DNA of 64,000 bases from Eledone cirrhosa (Eukaryota). The DNA lies in the NCBI GenBank assembly GCA_964016885.1, contig OZ024740.1, positions 279,992,001 to 280,056,000 of the forward strand, given 5' to 3'. The notes beneath the pieces are model-generated. The model searched no databases, had not been told where the DNA came from, and saw nothing but the letters and a program-made list of their open reading frames with translations. The position numbers were made by a program, and so were the translations under genes. Within the stretch, counting starts at the first letter, position 1, and every line of letters begins with the position of its first letter. Of the stretch, positions 37,501-49,900 are shown in pieces.

Positions 37501-40500
37501 TGTGGTGTGATTTTCAAGAAAAGCTGCCCATGCTAAATGCGGAAGCTGAAGTCCGCCGGCGAATGGTGTGCTTCGAAGAAGACGAATCCAAAAATGACGA
37601 TTTGCCGGCGGAGTTACCTTTTCAATCGCGGGCCGGCCGCCCGTGGTCGGATCGATCTGTAATTACTGGTACATGTGCAGACACTCATTGGCTATGTGCG
37701 GCGTGAATTTCAGCAAGATATCTCCGTAAAATCAATAGTTGTGGCTGTGGAACCAAACCGTGTTAAACGTCAACAAAGTCCGCCGGCGAATGGTGTGCTT
37801 CGAAGAAAACGAATCCAAAAATGACGATTTGCCGGCGGAGTTACCTTTAAAATCGCGGGCCGGCCGCCCGTGGTCGGATCGATCTGTAATTACTGGTTCA
37901 TGTGCAGACACTCATTGGCTATGTGCGGCGTGAATTCCAGCAAGATATCTCCGTAACATCAATAGTTGTGGCTGTGGAACCAAACCGTGTTAAACGTCAA
38001 CAAAGTCCGCCGGCGAATGGTGTGCTTCGAAGAAAACGAATCCAAAAATGACGATTTGCCGGCGGAGTTACCTTTTCAATCGCGGGCCGGCCGCCCGTGG
38101 TCGGATCGATCTGTAATTACTGGTATATGTGCAAACACACATTTGCTGTGTGTGGTGTGATTTTCAAGAAAAGCTGCCCATGCTAAATGCGGAAGCTGAA
38201 GTCCACCAGCGAATGCTGTGCTTCGAAGAAAAGAATCACAAAAATGCGAATTTGCCGGCGGAGTTACCTTTTAGATCGTGGGCCGGCCGCCCGTGGTCGG
38301 ATCGATCTGTAATTACTGGTATATGTGCAGACACTCATTGGTCGTGTGTGGTGTGATTTTCAAGAAAAGCTGCCCATGCTAAATGCGGAAGCTGCAGTCC
38401 ACCATCGAATGGTGTGCTTCGAAGAAACGAATCACAAAAATGCGAATTTGCCGGCGGAGTTACCTTTTCGATCGTGGGCCGGCCGCCTGTGGTCGGATCG
38501 ATCTGTAATTACTGGTCCATGTGCAGACACACATTTGCTGTGTGTGGTGTGATTTTCAAGAAAAGCTGCCCATGCTAAATGCGGAAGCTGAAGTCCGCCG
38601 GCGAATGGTGTGCTTCGAAGAAAACGAATCCAAAAATGACGATTTGCCGGCGGAGTTACCTTTTCAATCGCGGGCCGGCCGCCCGTGGTCGGATCGATCT
38701 GTAATTACTGGTACATGTGCAGACACTCATTGGCTATGTGCGGCGTGAATTTCAGCAAGATATCTCCGTAAAATCAATAGTTGTGGCTGTGGAACCAAAC
38801 CGTGTTAAACGTCAACAAAGTCCGCCGGCGAATGGTGTGCTTCGAAGAAAACGAATCCAAAAATGACGATTTGCCGGCGGAGTTACCTTTAAAATCGCGG
38901 GCCGGCCGCCCGTGGTCGGATCGATCTGTAATTACTGGTACATGTGCAGACACTCATTGGCTATGTGCGGCGTGAATTCCAGCAAGATATCTCCGTAACA
39001 TCAATAGTTGTGGCTGTGGAACCAAACCGTGTTAAACGTCAACAAAGTCCGCCGGCGAATGGTGTGCTTCGAAGAAAACGAATCCAAAAATGACGATTTG
39101 CCGGCGGAGTTACCTTTTCAATCGCGGGCCGGCCGCCCGTGGTCGGATCGATCTGTAATTACTGGTACATGTGCAGACACTCATTGGCTATGTGTGCCGT
39201 GAATTTCAGCAAGATATCTCCGTAAAATCAATAGTTGTGGCTGTGGAACCAAACCGTGTTAAACGTCAACAAAGTCCGCCGGCGAATGGTGTGCTTCGAA
39301 GAAAACGAATCCAAAAATGACGATTTGCCGGCGGAGTTACCTTTTCGATCGTGGGCCGGACGCCCGTGGTCGGATCGATCTGTAATTACTGGTATATGTG
39401 CAGACACACATTTGCTGTGTGTGGTGTGATTTTCAAGAAAAGCTGCCCATGCTAAATGCGGAAGCTGAAGTCCGCCGGCGAATGGTGTGCTTCGAAGAAA
39501 ACGAATCCAAAAATGACGATTTGCCGGCGGAGTTACCTTTTCAATCGCGGGCCGGCCGCCCGTGGTCGGATCGATCTGTAATTACTGGTACATGTGCAGA
39601 CACTCATTGGCTATGTGTGGCGTGAATTTCAGCAAGATATCTCCGTAAATTCAATAGTTGTGGCTGTGGAACCAAACCGTGTTAAACGTCAACAAAGTCC
39701 GCCGGCGAATGGTGTGCTTCGAAGAAAACGAATCCAAAAATGACGATTTGCCGGCGGAGTTACCTTTTCAATCGCGGGCCGGCCGCCCGTGGTCGGATCG
39801 ATTTGTAATTACTGGTACATGTGCAGACACTCATTGGCTATGTGCGGCGTGAATTTCAGCAAGATATCTCCGTAAAATCAATAGTTGTGGCTGTGGAACC
39901 AAACCGTGTTAAACGTCAACAAAGTCCGCCGGCGAATGGTGTACTTCGAAGAAAACGAATCCAAAAATGACGATTTGCCGGCGGAGTTACCTTTTCAATC
40001 GCGGGCCGGCGGCCCGTGGTCGAATCGATCTGTAATTACTGGTACATGTGCAGACACTCATTGGCTATGTGTGGCGTGAATTTCAAGAAAAGCTGCCCAT
40101 GCTAAATGCGGAAGCTGAAGTCCACCAGCGAATGCTGTGCTTCGAAGAAAAGAATCACAAAAATGCGAATTTGCCGGCGGAGTTACCTTTTCGATCGTGG
40201 GCCGGCCGCCCGTGGTCGGATCGATCTGTAATTACTGGTATATGTGCAGACACTCATTGGTCGTGTGTGGTGTGATTTTCAAGAAAAGCTGCCCATGCTA
40301 AATGCGGAAGCTGCAGTCCACCATCGAATGGTGTGCTTCGAAGAAACGAATCACAAAAATGCGAATTTGCCGGCGGAGTTACCTTTTCGATCGTGGGCCG
40401 GCCGCCTGTGGTCGGATCGATCTGTAATTACTGGTCCATGTGCAGACACACATTTGCTGTGTGTGGTGTGATTTTCAAGAAAAGCTGCCCATGCTAAATG

Positions 40501-40663
40501 CGGAAGCTGAAGTCCGCCGGCGAATGGTGTGCTTCGAAGAAAACGAATCCAAAAATGACGATTTGCCGGCGGAGTTACCTTTTCAATCGCGGGCCGGCCG
40601 CCCGTGGTCGGATCGATCTGTAATTACTGGTACATGTGCAGACACTCATTGGCTATGTGTGGC
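28077..40663. repeat. Tandem duplication of a 30-mer (17L+13S, 6407 bp); second copy lacks one L monomer
   Basis: Rare variants tagtcgtgg (~29836/36243), gaagacgaa (~31175/37582), ggttcatg (~31491/37898) and ttttagat (~31866/38273) all repeat at 6407. The offset becomes 6180 after ~38750. Confidence 0.9.
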
Positions 40664-43600
40664 GTGAATTTCAGCAAGATATCTCCGTAAATTCAATAGT
40701 TGTGGCTGTGGAACCAAACCGTGTTAAACGTCAACAAAGTCCGCCGGCGAATGGTGTGCTTCGAAGAAAACGAATCCAAAAATGACGATTTGCCGGCGGA
40801 GTTACCTTTTCAATCGCGGGCCGGCCGCCCGTGGTCGGATCGATCTGTAATTACTGGTACATGTGCAGACACTCATTGGCTATGTGCGGCGTGAATTTCA
40901 GCAAGATATCTCCGTAAAATCAATAGTTGTGGCTGTGGAACCAAACCGTGTTAAACGTCAACAAAGTCCGCCGGCGAATGGTGTGCTTCGAAGAAAACGA
41001 ATCCAAAAATGACGATTTGCCGGCGGAGTTACCTTTAAAATCGCGGGCCGGCCGCCCGTGGTCGGATCGATCTGTAATTACTGGTACATGTGCAGACACT
41101 CATTGGCTATGTGCGGCGTGAATTCCAGCAAGATATCTCCGTAACATCAATAGTTGTGGCTGTGGAACCAAACCGTGTTAAACGTCAACAAAGTCCGCCG
41201 GCGAATGGTGTGCTTCGAAGAAAACGAATCCAAAAATGACGATTTGCCGGCGGAGTTACCTTTTCAATCGCGGGCCGGCCGCCCGTGGTCGGATCGATCT
41301 GTAATTACTGGTACATGTGCAGACACTCATTGGCTATGTGTGCCGTGAATTTCAGCAAGATATCTCCGTAAAATCAATAGTTGTGGCTGTGGAACCAAAC
41401 CGTGTTAAACGTCAACAAAGTCCGCCGGCGAATGGTGTGCTTCGAAGAAAACGAATCCAAAAATGACGATTTGCCGGCGGAGTTACCTTTTCGATCGTGG
41501 GCCGGACGCCCGTGGTCGGATCGATCTGTAATTACTGGTATATGTGCAGACACACATTTGCTGTGTGTGGTGTGATATTCAAGAAAAGCTGCCCATGCTA
41601 AATGCGGAAGCTGAAGTCCGCCGGCGAATGGTGTGCTTCGAAGAAAACGAATCCAAAAATGACGATTTGCCGGCGGAGTTACCTTTTCAATCGCGGGCCG
41701 GCCGCCCGTGGTCGGATCGATCTGTAATTACTGGTACATGTGCAGACACTCATTGGCTATGTGTGGCGTGAATTTCAGCAAGATATCTCCGTAAATTCAA
41801 TAGTTGTGGCTGTGGAACCAAACCGTGTTAAACGTCAACAAAGTCCGCCGGCGAATGGTGTGCTTCGAAGAAAACGAATCCAAAAATGACGATTTGCCGG
41901 CGGAGTTACCTTTTCAATCGCGGGCCGGCCGCCCGTGGTCGGATCGATTTGTAATTACTGGTACATGTGCAGACACTCATTGGCTATGTGCGGCGTGAAT
42001 TTCAGCAAGATATCTCCGTAAAATCAATAGTTGTGGCTGTGGAACCAAACCGTGTTAAACGTCAACAAAGTCCGCCGGCGAATGGTGTACTTCGAAGAAA
42101 ACGAATCCAAAAATGACGATTTGCCGGCGGAGTTACCTTTTCAATCGCGGGCCGGCGGCCCGTGGTCGAATCGATCTGTAATTACTGGTACATGTGCAGA
42201 CACTCATTGGCTATGTGTGGCGTGAATTTCAAGAAAAGCTGCCCATGCTAAATGCGGAAGCTGAAGTCCACCAGCGAATGCTGTGCTTCGAAGAAAAGAA
42301 TCACAAAAATGCGAATTTGCCGGCGGAGTTACCTTTTCGATCGTGGGCCGGCCACCCGTGGTCGGATCGATCTGTAATTACTGGTATATGTGCAGACACT
42401 CATTGGTCGTGTGTGGTGTGATTTTCAAGAAAAGCTGCCCATGCTAAATGCGGAAGCTGCAGTCCACCATCGAATGGTGTGCTTCGAAGAAACGAATCAC
42501 AAAAATGCGAATTTGCCGGCGGAGTTACCTTTTCGATCGTGGGCCGGCCGCCTGTGGTCGGATCGATCTGTAATTACTGGTCCATGTGCAGACACACATT
42601 TGCTGTGTGTGGTGTGATTTTCAAGAAAAGCTGCCCATGCTAAATGCGGAAGCTGAAGTCCGCCGGCGAATGGTGTGCTTCGAAGAAAACGAATCCAAAA
42701 ATGACGATTTGCCGGCGGAGTTACCTTTTCAATCGCGGGCCGGCCGCCCGTGGTCGGATCGATCTGTAATTACTGGTACATGTGCAGACACTCATTGGCT
42801 ATGTGTGGCGTGAATTTCAGCAAGATATCTCCGTAAATTCAATAGTTGTGGCTGTGGAACCAAACCGTGTTAAACGTCAACAAAGTCCGCCGGCGAATGG
42901 TGTGCTTCGAAGAAAACGAATCCAAAAATGACGATTTGCCGGCGGAGTTACCTTTTCAATCGCGGGCCGGCCGCCCGTGGTCGGATCGATCTGTAATTAC
43001 TGGTACATGTGCAGACACTCATTGGCTATGTGCGGCGTGAATTTCAGCAAGATATCTCCGTAAAATCAATAGTTGTGGCTGTGGAACCAAACCGTGTTAA
43101 ACGTCAACAAAGTCCGCCGGCGAATGGTGTGCTTCGAAGAAAACGAATCCAAAAATGACGATTTGCCGGCGGAGTTACCTTTAAAATCGCGGGCCGGCCG
43201 CCCGTGGTCGGATCGATCTGTAATTACTGGTACATGTGCAGACACTCATTGGCTATGTGCGGCGTGAATTCCAGCAAGATATCTCCGTAACATCAATAGT
43301 TGTGGCTGTGGAACCAAACCGTGTTAAACGTCAACAAAGTCCGCCGGCGAATGGTGTGCTTCGAAGAAAACGAATCCAAAAATGACGATTTGCCGGCGGA
43401 GTTACCTTTTCAATCGCGGGCCGGCCGCCCGTGGTCGGATCGATCTGTAATTACTGGTACATGTGCAGACACTCATTGGCTATGTGTGCCGTGAATTTCA
43501 GCAAGATATCTCCGTAAAATCAATAGTTGTGGCTGTGGAACCAAACCGTGTTAAACGTCAACAAAGTCCGCCGGCGAATGGTGTGCTTCGAAGAAAACGA

Positions 43601-43717
43601 ATCCAAAAATGACGATTTGCCGGCGGAGTTACCTTTTCGATCGTGGGCCGGACGCCCGTGGTCGGATCGATCTGTAATTACTGGTATATGTGCAGACACA
43701 CATTTGCTGTGTGTGGT
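39199..43717. repeat. 10-mer higher-order repeat (6L+4S, 2146 bp), about 2 copies
   Basis: The ggccggacgccc marker monomers have ORF starts at 39235, 41381 and 43527, spaced 2146 = 6x227+4x196. Confidence 0.85.
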
Positions 43718-43913
43718 GTGATTTTCAAGAAAAGCTGCCCATGCTAAATGCGGAAGCTGAAGTCCGCCGGCGAATGGTGTGCTTCGAAGAAAACGAATCC
43801 AAAAATGACGATTTGCCGGCGGAGTTACCTTTTCAATCGCGGGCCGGCCGCCCGTGGTCGGATCGATCTGTAATTACTGGTACATGTGCAGACACTCATT
43901 GGCTATGTGCGGC

Positions 43914-46900
43914 GTGAATTTCAGCAAGATATCTCCGTAAAATCAATAGTTGTGGCTGTGGAACCAAACCGTGTTAAACGTCAACAAAGTCCGCCGGCGA
44001 ATGGTGTGCTTCGAAGAAAACGAATCCAAAAATGACGATTTGCCGGCGGAGTTACCTTTAAAATCGCGGGCCGGCCGCCCGTGGTCGGATCGATCTGTAA
44101 TTACTGGTACATGTGCAGACACTCATTGGCTATGTGCGGCGTGAATTCCAGCAAGATATCTCCGTAACATCAATAGTTGTGGCTGTGGAACCAAACCGTG
44201 TTAAACGTCAACAAAGTCCGCCGGCGAATGGTGTGCTTCGAAGAAAACGAATCCAAAAATGACGATTTGCCGGCGGAGTTACCTTTTCAATCGCGGGCCG
44301 GCCGCCCGTGGTCGGATCGATCTGTAATTACTGGTACATGTGCAGACACTCATTGGCTATGTGTGCCGTGAATTTCAGCAAGATATCTCCGTAAAATCAA
44401 TAGTTGTGGCTGTGGAACCAAACCGTGTTAAACGTCAACAAAGTCCGCCGGCGAATGGTGTGCTTCGAAGAAAACGAATCCAAAAATGACGATTTGCCGG
44501 CGGAGTTACCTTTTCGATCGTGGGCCGGACGCCCGTGGTCGGATCGATCTGTAATTACTGGTATATGTGCAGACACACATTTGCTGTGTGTGGTGTGATT
44601 TTCAAGAAAAGCTGCCCATGCTAAATGCGGAAGCTGAAGTCCGCCGGCGAATGGTGTGCTTCGAAGAAAACGAATCCAAAAATGACGATTTGCCGGCGGA
44701 GTTACCTTTTCAATCGCGGGCCGGCCGCCCGTGGTCGGATCGATCTGTAATTACTGGTACATGTGCAGACACTCATTGGCTATGTGTGGCGTGAATTTCA
44801 GCAAGATATCTCCGTAAATTCAATAGTTGTGGCTGTGGAACCAAACCGTGTTAAACGTCAACAAAGTCCGCCGGCGAATGGTGTGCTTCGAAGAAAACGA
44901 ATCCAAAAATGACGATTTGCCGGCGGAGTTACCTTTTCAATCGCGGGCCGGCCGCCCGTGGTCGGATCGATTTGTAATTACTGGTACATGTGCAGACACT
45001 CATTGGCTATGTGCGGCGTGAATTTCAGCAAGATATCTCCGTAAAATCAATAGTTGTGGCTGTGGAACCAAACCGTGTTAAACGTCAACAAAGTCCGCCG
45101 GCGAATGGTGTACTTCGAAGAAAACGAATCCAAAAATGACGATTTGCCGGCGGAGTTACCTTTTCAATCGCGGGCCGGCGGCCCGTGGTCGAATCGATCT
45201 GTAATTACTGGTACATGTGCAGACACTCATTGGCTATGTGTGGCGTGAATTTCAAGAAAAGCTGCCCATGCTAAATGCGGAAGCTGAAGTCCACCAGCGA
45301 ATGCTGTGCTTCGAAGAAACGAATCACAAAAATGCGAATTTGCCGGCGGAGTTACCTTTTCGATCGTGGGCCGGCCGCCCGTGGTCGGATCGATCTGTAA
45401 TTACTGGTATATGTGCAGACACTCATTGGCTATGTGCGGCGTGAATTTCAGCAAGATATCTCCGTAAAATCAATAGTTGTGGCTGTGGAACCAAACCGTG
45501 TTAAACGTCAACAAAGTCCGCCGGCGAATGGTGTGCTTCGAAGAAAACGAATCCAAAAATGACGATTTGCCGGCGGAGTTACCTTTAAAATCGCGGGCCG
45601 GCCGCCCGTGGTCGGATCGATCTGTAATTACTGGTACATGTGCAGACACTCATTGGCTATGTGCGGCGTGAATTCCAGCAAGATATCTCCGTAACATCAA
45701 TAGTTGTGGCTGTGGAACCAAACAGTGTTAAACGTCAACAAAGTCCGCCGGCGAATGGTGTGCTTCGAAGAAAACGAATCCAAAAATGACGATTTGCCGG
45801 CGGAGTTACCTTTTCAATCGCGGGCCGGCCGCCCGTGGTCGGATCGATCTGTAATTACTGGTACATGTGCAGACATTCATTGGCTATGTGCGGCGTGAAT
45901 TCCAGCAAGATATCTCCGTAACATCAATAGTTGTGGCTGTGGAACCAAACCGTGTTAAACGTCAACAAAGTCCGCCGGCGAATGGTGTGCTTCGAAGAAA
46001 ACGAATCCAAAAATGACGATTTGCCGGCGGAGTTACCTTTTCAATCGCGGGCCGGCGGCCCGTGGTCGGATCGATCTGTAATTACTGGTACATGTGCAGA
46101 CACTCATTGGCTATGTGTGGCGTGAATTTCAGCAAGATATCTCCGTAAAATCAATAGTTGTGGCTGTGGAACCAAACCGTGTTAAACGTCAACAAAGTCC
46201 GCCGGCGAATGGTGTGCTTCGAAGAAAACGAATCCAAAAATGACGATTTGCCGGCGGAGTTACCTTTTCGATCGTGGGCCGGCCGCCCGTGGTCGGATCG
46301 ATCTGTAATTACTGGTATATGTGCAAACACACATTTGCTGTGTGTGGTTTGATTTTCAAGAAAAGCTGCCCATGCTAAATGCGGAAGCTGAAGTCCACCA
46401 GCGAATGCTGTGCTTCGAAGAAACGAATCACAAAAATGCGAATTTGCCGGCGGAGTTACCTTTTCGATCGTGGGCCGGCCGCCCGTGGTCGGATCGATCT
46501 GTAATTACTGGTATATGTGCAGACACTCATTGGTCGTGTGTGGTGTGATTTTCAAGAAAAGCTTCCCATGCTAAATGCGGAAGCTGCAGTCCACCATCGA
46601 ATGGTGTGCTTCGAAGAAACGAATCACAAAAATGCGAATTTGCCGGCGGAGTTACCTTTTCGATCGTGGGCCGGCCGCCTGTGGTCGGATCGATCTGTAA
46701 TTACTGGTCCATGTGCAGACACACATTTGCTGTGTGTGGTGTGATTTTCAAGAAAAGCTGCCCATGCTAAATGCGGAAGCTGAAGTCAGCCGGCGAATGG
46801 TGTGCTTCGAAGAAAACGAATCCAAAAATGACGATTTGCCGGCGGAGTTACCTTTTCAATCGCGGGCCGGCCGCCCGTGGTCGGATCGATCTGTAATTAC

Positions 46901-49900
46901 TGGTACATGTGCAGACACTCATTGGCTATGTGCGGCGTGAATTTCAGCAAGATATCTCCGTAAATTCAATAGTTGTGGCTGTGGAACCAAACCGTGTTAA
47001 ACGTCAACAAAGTCCGCCGGCGAATGGTGTGCTTCGAAGAAAACGAATCCAAAAATGACGATTTGCCGGCGGAGTTACCTTTTCAATCGCGGGCCGGCCG
47101 CCCGTGGTCGGATCGATTTGTAATTACTGGTACATGTGCAGACACTCATTGGCTATGTGCGGCGTGAATTTCAGCAAGATATCTCCGTAAAATCAATAGT
47201 TGTGGCTGTGGAACCAAACCGTGTTAAACGTCAACAAAGTCCGCCGGCGAATGGTGTACTTCGAAGAAAACGAATCCAAAAATGACGATTTGCCGGCGGA
47301 GTTACCTTTTCAATCGCGGGCCGGCGGCCCGTGGTCGAATCGATCTGTAATTACTGGTACATGTGCAGACACTCATTGGCTATGTGTGGCGTGAATTTCA
47401 AGAAAAGCTGCCCATGCTAAATGCGGAAGCTGAAGTCCACCAGCGAATGCTGTGCTTCGAAGAAAAGAATCACAAAAATGCGAATTTGCCGGCGGAGTTA
47501 CCTTTTCGATCGTGGGCCGGCCACCCGTGGTCGGATCGATCTGTAATTACTGGTATATGTGCAGACACTCATTGGTCGTGTGTGGTGTGATTTTCAAGAA
47601 AAGCTGCCCATGCTAAATGCGGAAGCTGCAGTCCACCATCGAATGGTGTGCTTCGAAGAAACGAATCACAAAAATGCGAATTTGCCGGCGGAGTTACCTT
47701 TTCGATCGTGGGCCGGCCGCCTGTGGTCGGATCGATCTGTAATTACTGGTCCATGTGCAGACACACATTTGCTGTGTGTGGTGTGATTTTCAAGAAAAGC
47801 TGCCCATGCTAAATGCGGAAGCTGAAGTCCGCCGGCGAATGGTGTGCTTCGAAGAAAACGAATCCAAAAATGACGATTTGCCGGCGGAGTTACCTTTTCA
47901 ATCGCGGGCCGGCCGCCCGTGGTCGGATCGATCTGTAATTACTGGTACATGTGCAGACACTCATTGGCTATGTGTGGCGTGAATTTCAGCAAGATATCTC
48001 CGTAAATTCAATAGTTGTGGCTGTGGAACCAAACCGTGTTAAACGTCAACAAAGTCCGCCGGCGAATGGTGTGCTTCGAAGAAAACGAATCCAAAAATGA
48101 CGATTTGCCGGCGGAGTTACCTTTTCAATCGCGGGCCGGCCGCCCGTGGTCGGATCGATCTGTAATTACTGGTACATGTGCAGACACTCATTGGCTATGT
48201 GCGGCGTGAATTTCAGCAAGATATCTCCGTAAAATCAATAGTTGTGGCTGTGGAACCAAACCGTGTTAAACGTCAACAAAGTCCGCCGGCGAATGGTGTG
48301 CTTCGAAGAAAACGAATCCAAAAATGACGATTTGCCGGCGGAGTTACCTTTAAAATCGCGGGCCGGCCGCCCGTGGTCGGATCGATCTGTAATTACTGGT
48401 ACATGTGCAGACACTCATTGGCTATGTGCGGCGTGAATTCCAGCAAGATATCTCCGTAACATCAATAGTTGTGGCTGTGGAACCAAACCGTGTTAAACGT
48501 CAACAAAGTCCGCCGGCGAATGGTGTGCTTCGAAGAAAACGAATCCAAAAATGACGATTTGCCGGCGGAGTTACCTTTTCAATCGCGGGCCGGCCGCCCG
48601 TGGTCGGATCGATCTGTAATTACTGGTACATGTGCAGACACTCATTGGCTATGTGCGGCGTGAATTTCAGCAAGATATCTCCGTAAAATCAATAGTTGTG
48701 GCTGTGGAACCAAACCGTGTTAAACGTCAACAAAGTCCGCCGGCGAATGGTGTGCTTCGAAGAAAACGAATCCAAAAATGACGATTTGCCGGCGGAGTTA
48801 CCTTTAAAATCGCGGGCCGGCCGCCCGTGGTCGGATCGATCTGTAATTACTGGTACATGTGCAGACACTCATTGGCTATGTGCGGCGTGAATTCCAGCAA
48901 GATATCTCCGTAACATCAATAGTTGTGGCTGTGGAACCAAACCGTGTTAAACGTCAACAAAGTCCGCCGGCGAATGGTGTGCTTCGAAGAAAACGAATCC
49001 AAAAATGACGATTTGCCGGCGGAGTTACCTTTTCAATCGCGGGCCGGCCGCCCGTGGTCGGATCGATCTGTAATTACTGGTACATGTGCAGACACTCATT
49101 GGCTATGTGTGCCGTGAATTTCAGCAAGATATCTCCGTAAAATCAATAGTTGTGGCTGTGGAACCAAACCGTGTTAAACGTCAACAAAGTCCGCCGGCGA
49201 ATGGTGTGCTTCGAAGAAAACGAATCCAAAAATGACGATTTGCCGGCGGAGTTACCTTTTCGATCGTGGGCCGGACGCCCGTGGTCGGATCGATCTGTAA
49301 TTACTGGTATATGTGCAGACACACATTTGCTGTGTGTGGTGTGATTTTCAAGAAAAGCTGCCCATGCTAAATGCGGAAGCTGAAGTCCGCCGGCGAATGG
49401 TGTGCTTCGAAGAAAACGAATCCAAAAATGACGATTTGCCGGCGGAGTTACCTTTTCAATCGCGGGCCGGCCGCCCGTGGTCGGATCGATCTGTAATTAC
49501 TGGTACATGTGCAGACACTCATTGGCTATGTGTGGCGTGAATTTCAGCAAGATATCTCCGTAAATTCAATAGTTGTGGCTGTGGAACCAAACCGTGTTAA
49601 ACGTCAACAAAGTCCGCCGGCGAATGGTGTGCTTCGAAGAAAACGAATCCAAAAATGACGATTTGCCGGCGGAGTTACCTTTTCAATCGCGGGCCGGCCG
49701 CCCGTGGTCGGATCGATTTGTAATTACTGGTACATGTGCAGACACTCATTGGCTATGTGCGGCGTGAATTTCAGCAAGATATCTCCGTAAAATCAATAGT
49801 TGTGGCTGTGGAACCAAACCGTGTTAAACGTCAACAAAGTCCGCCGGCGAATGGTGTACTTCGAAGAAAACGAATCCAAAAATGACGATTTGCCGGCGGA

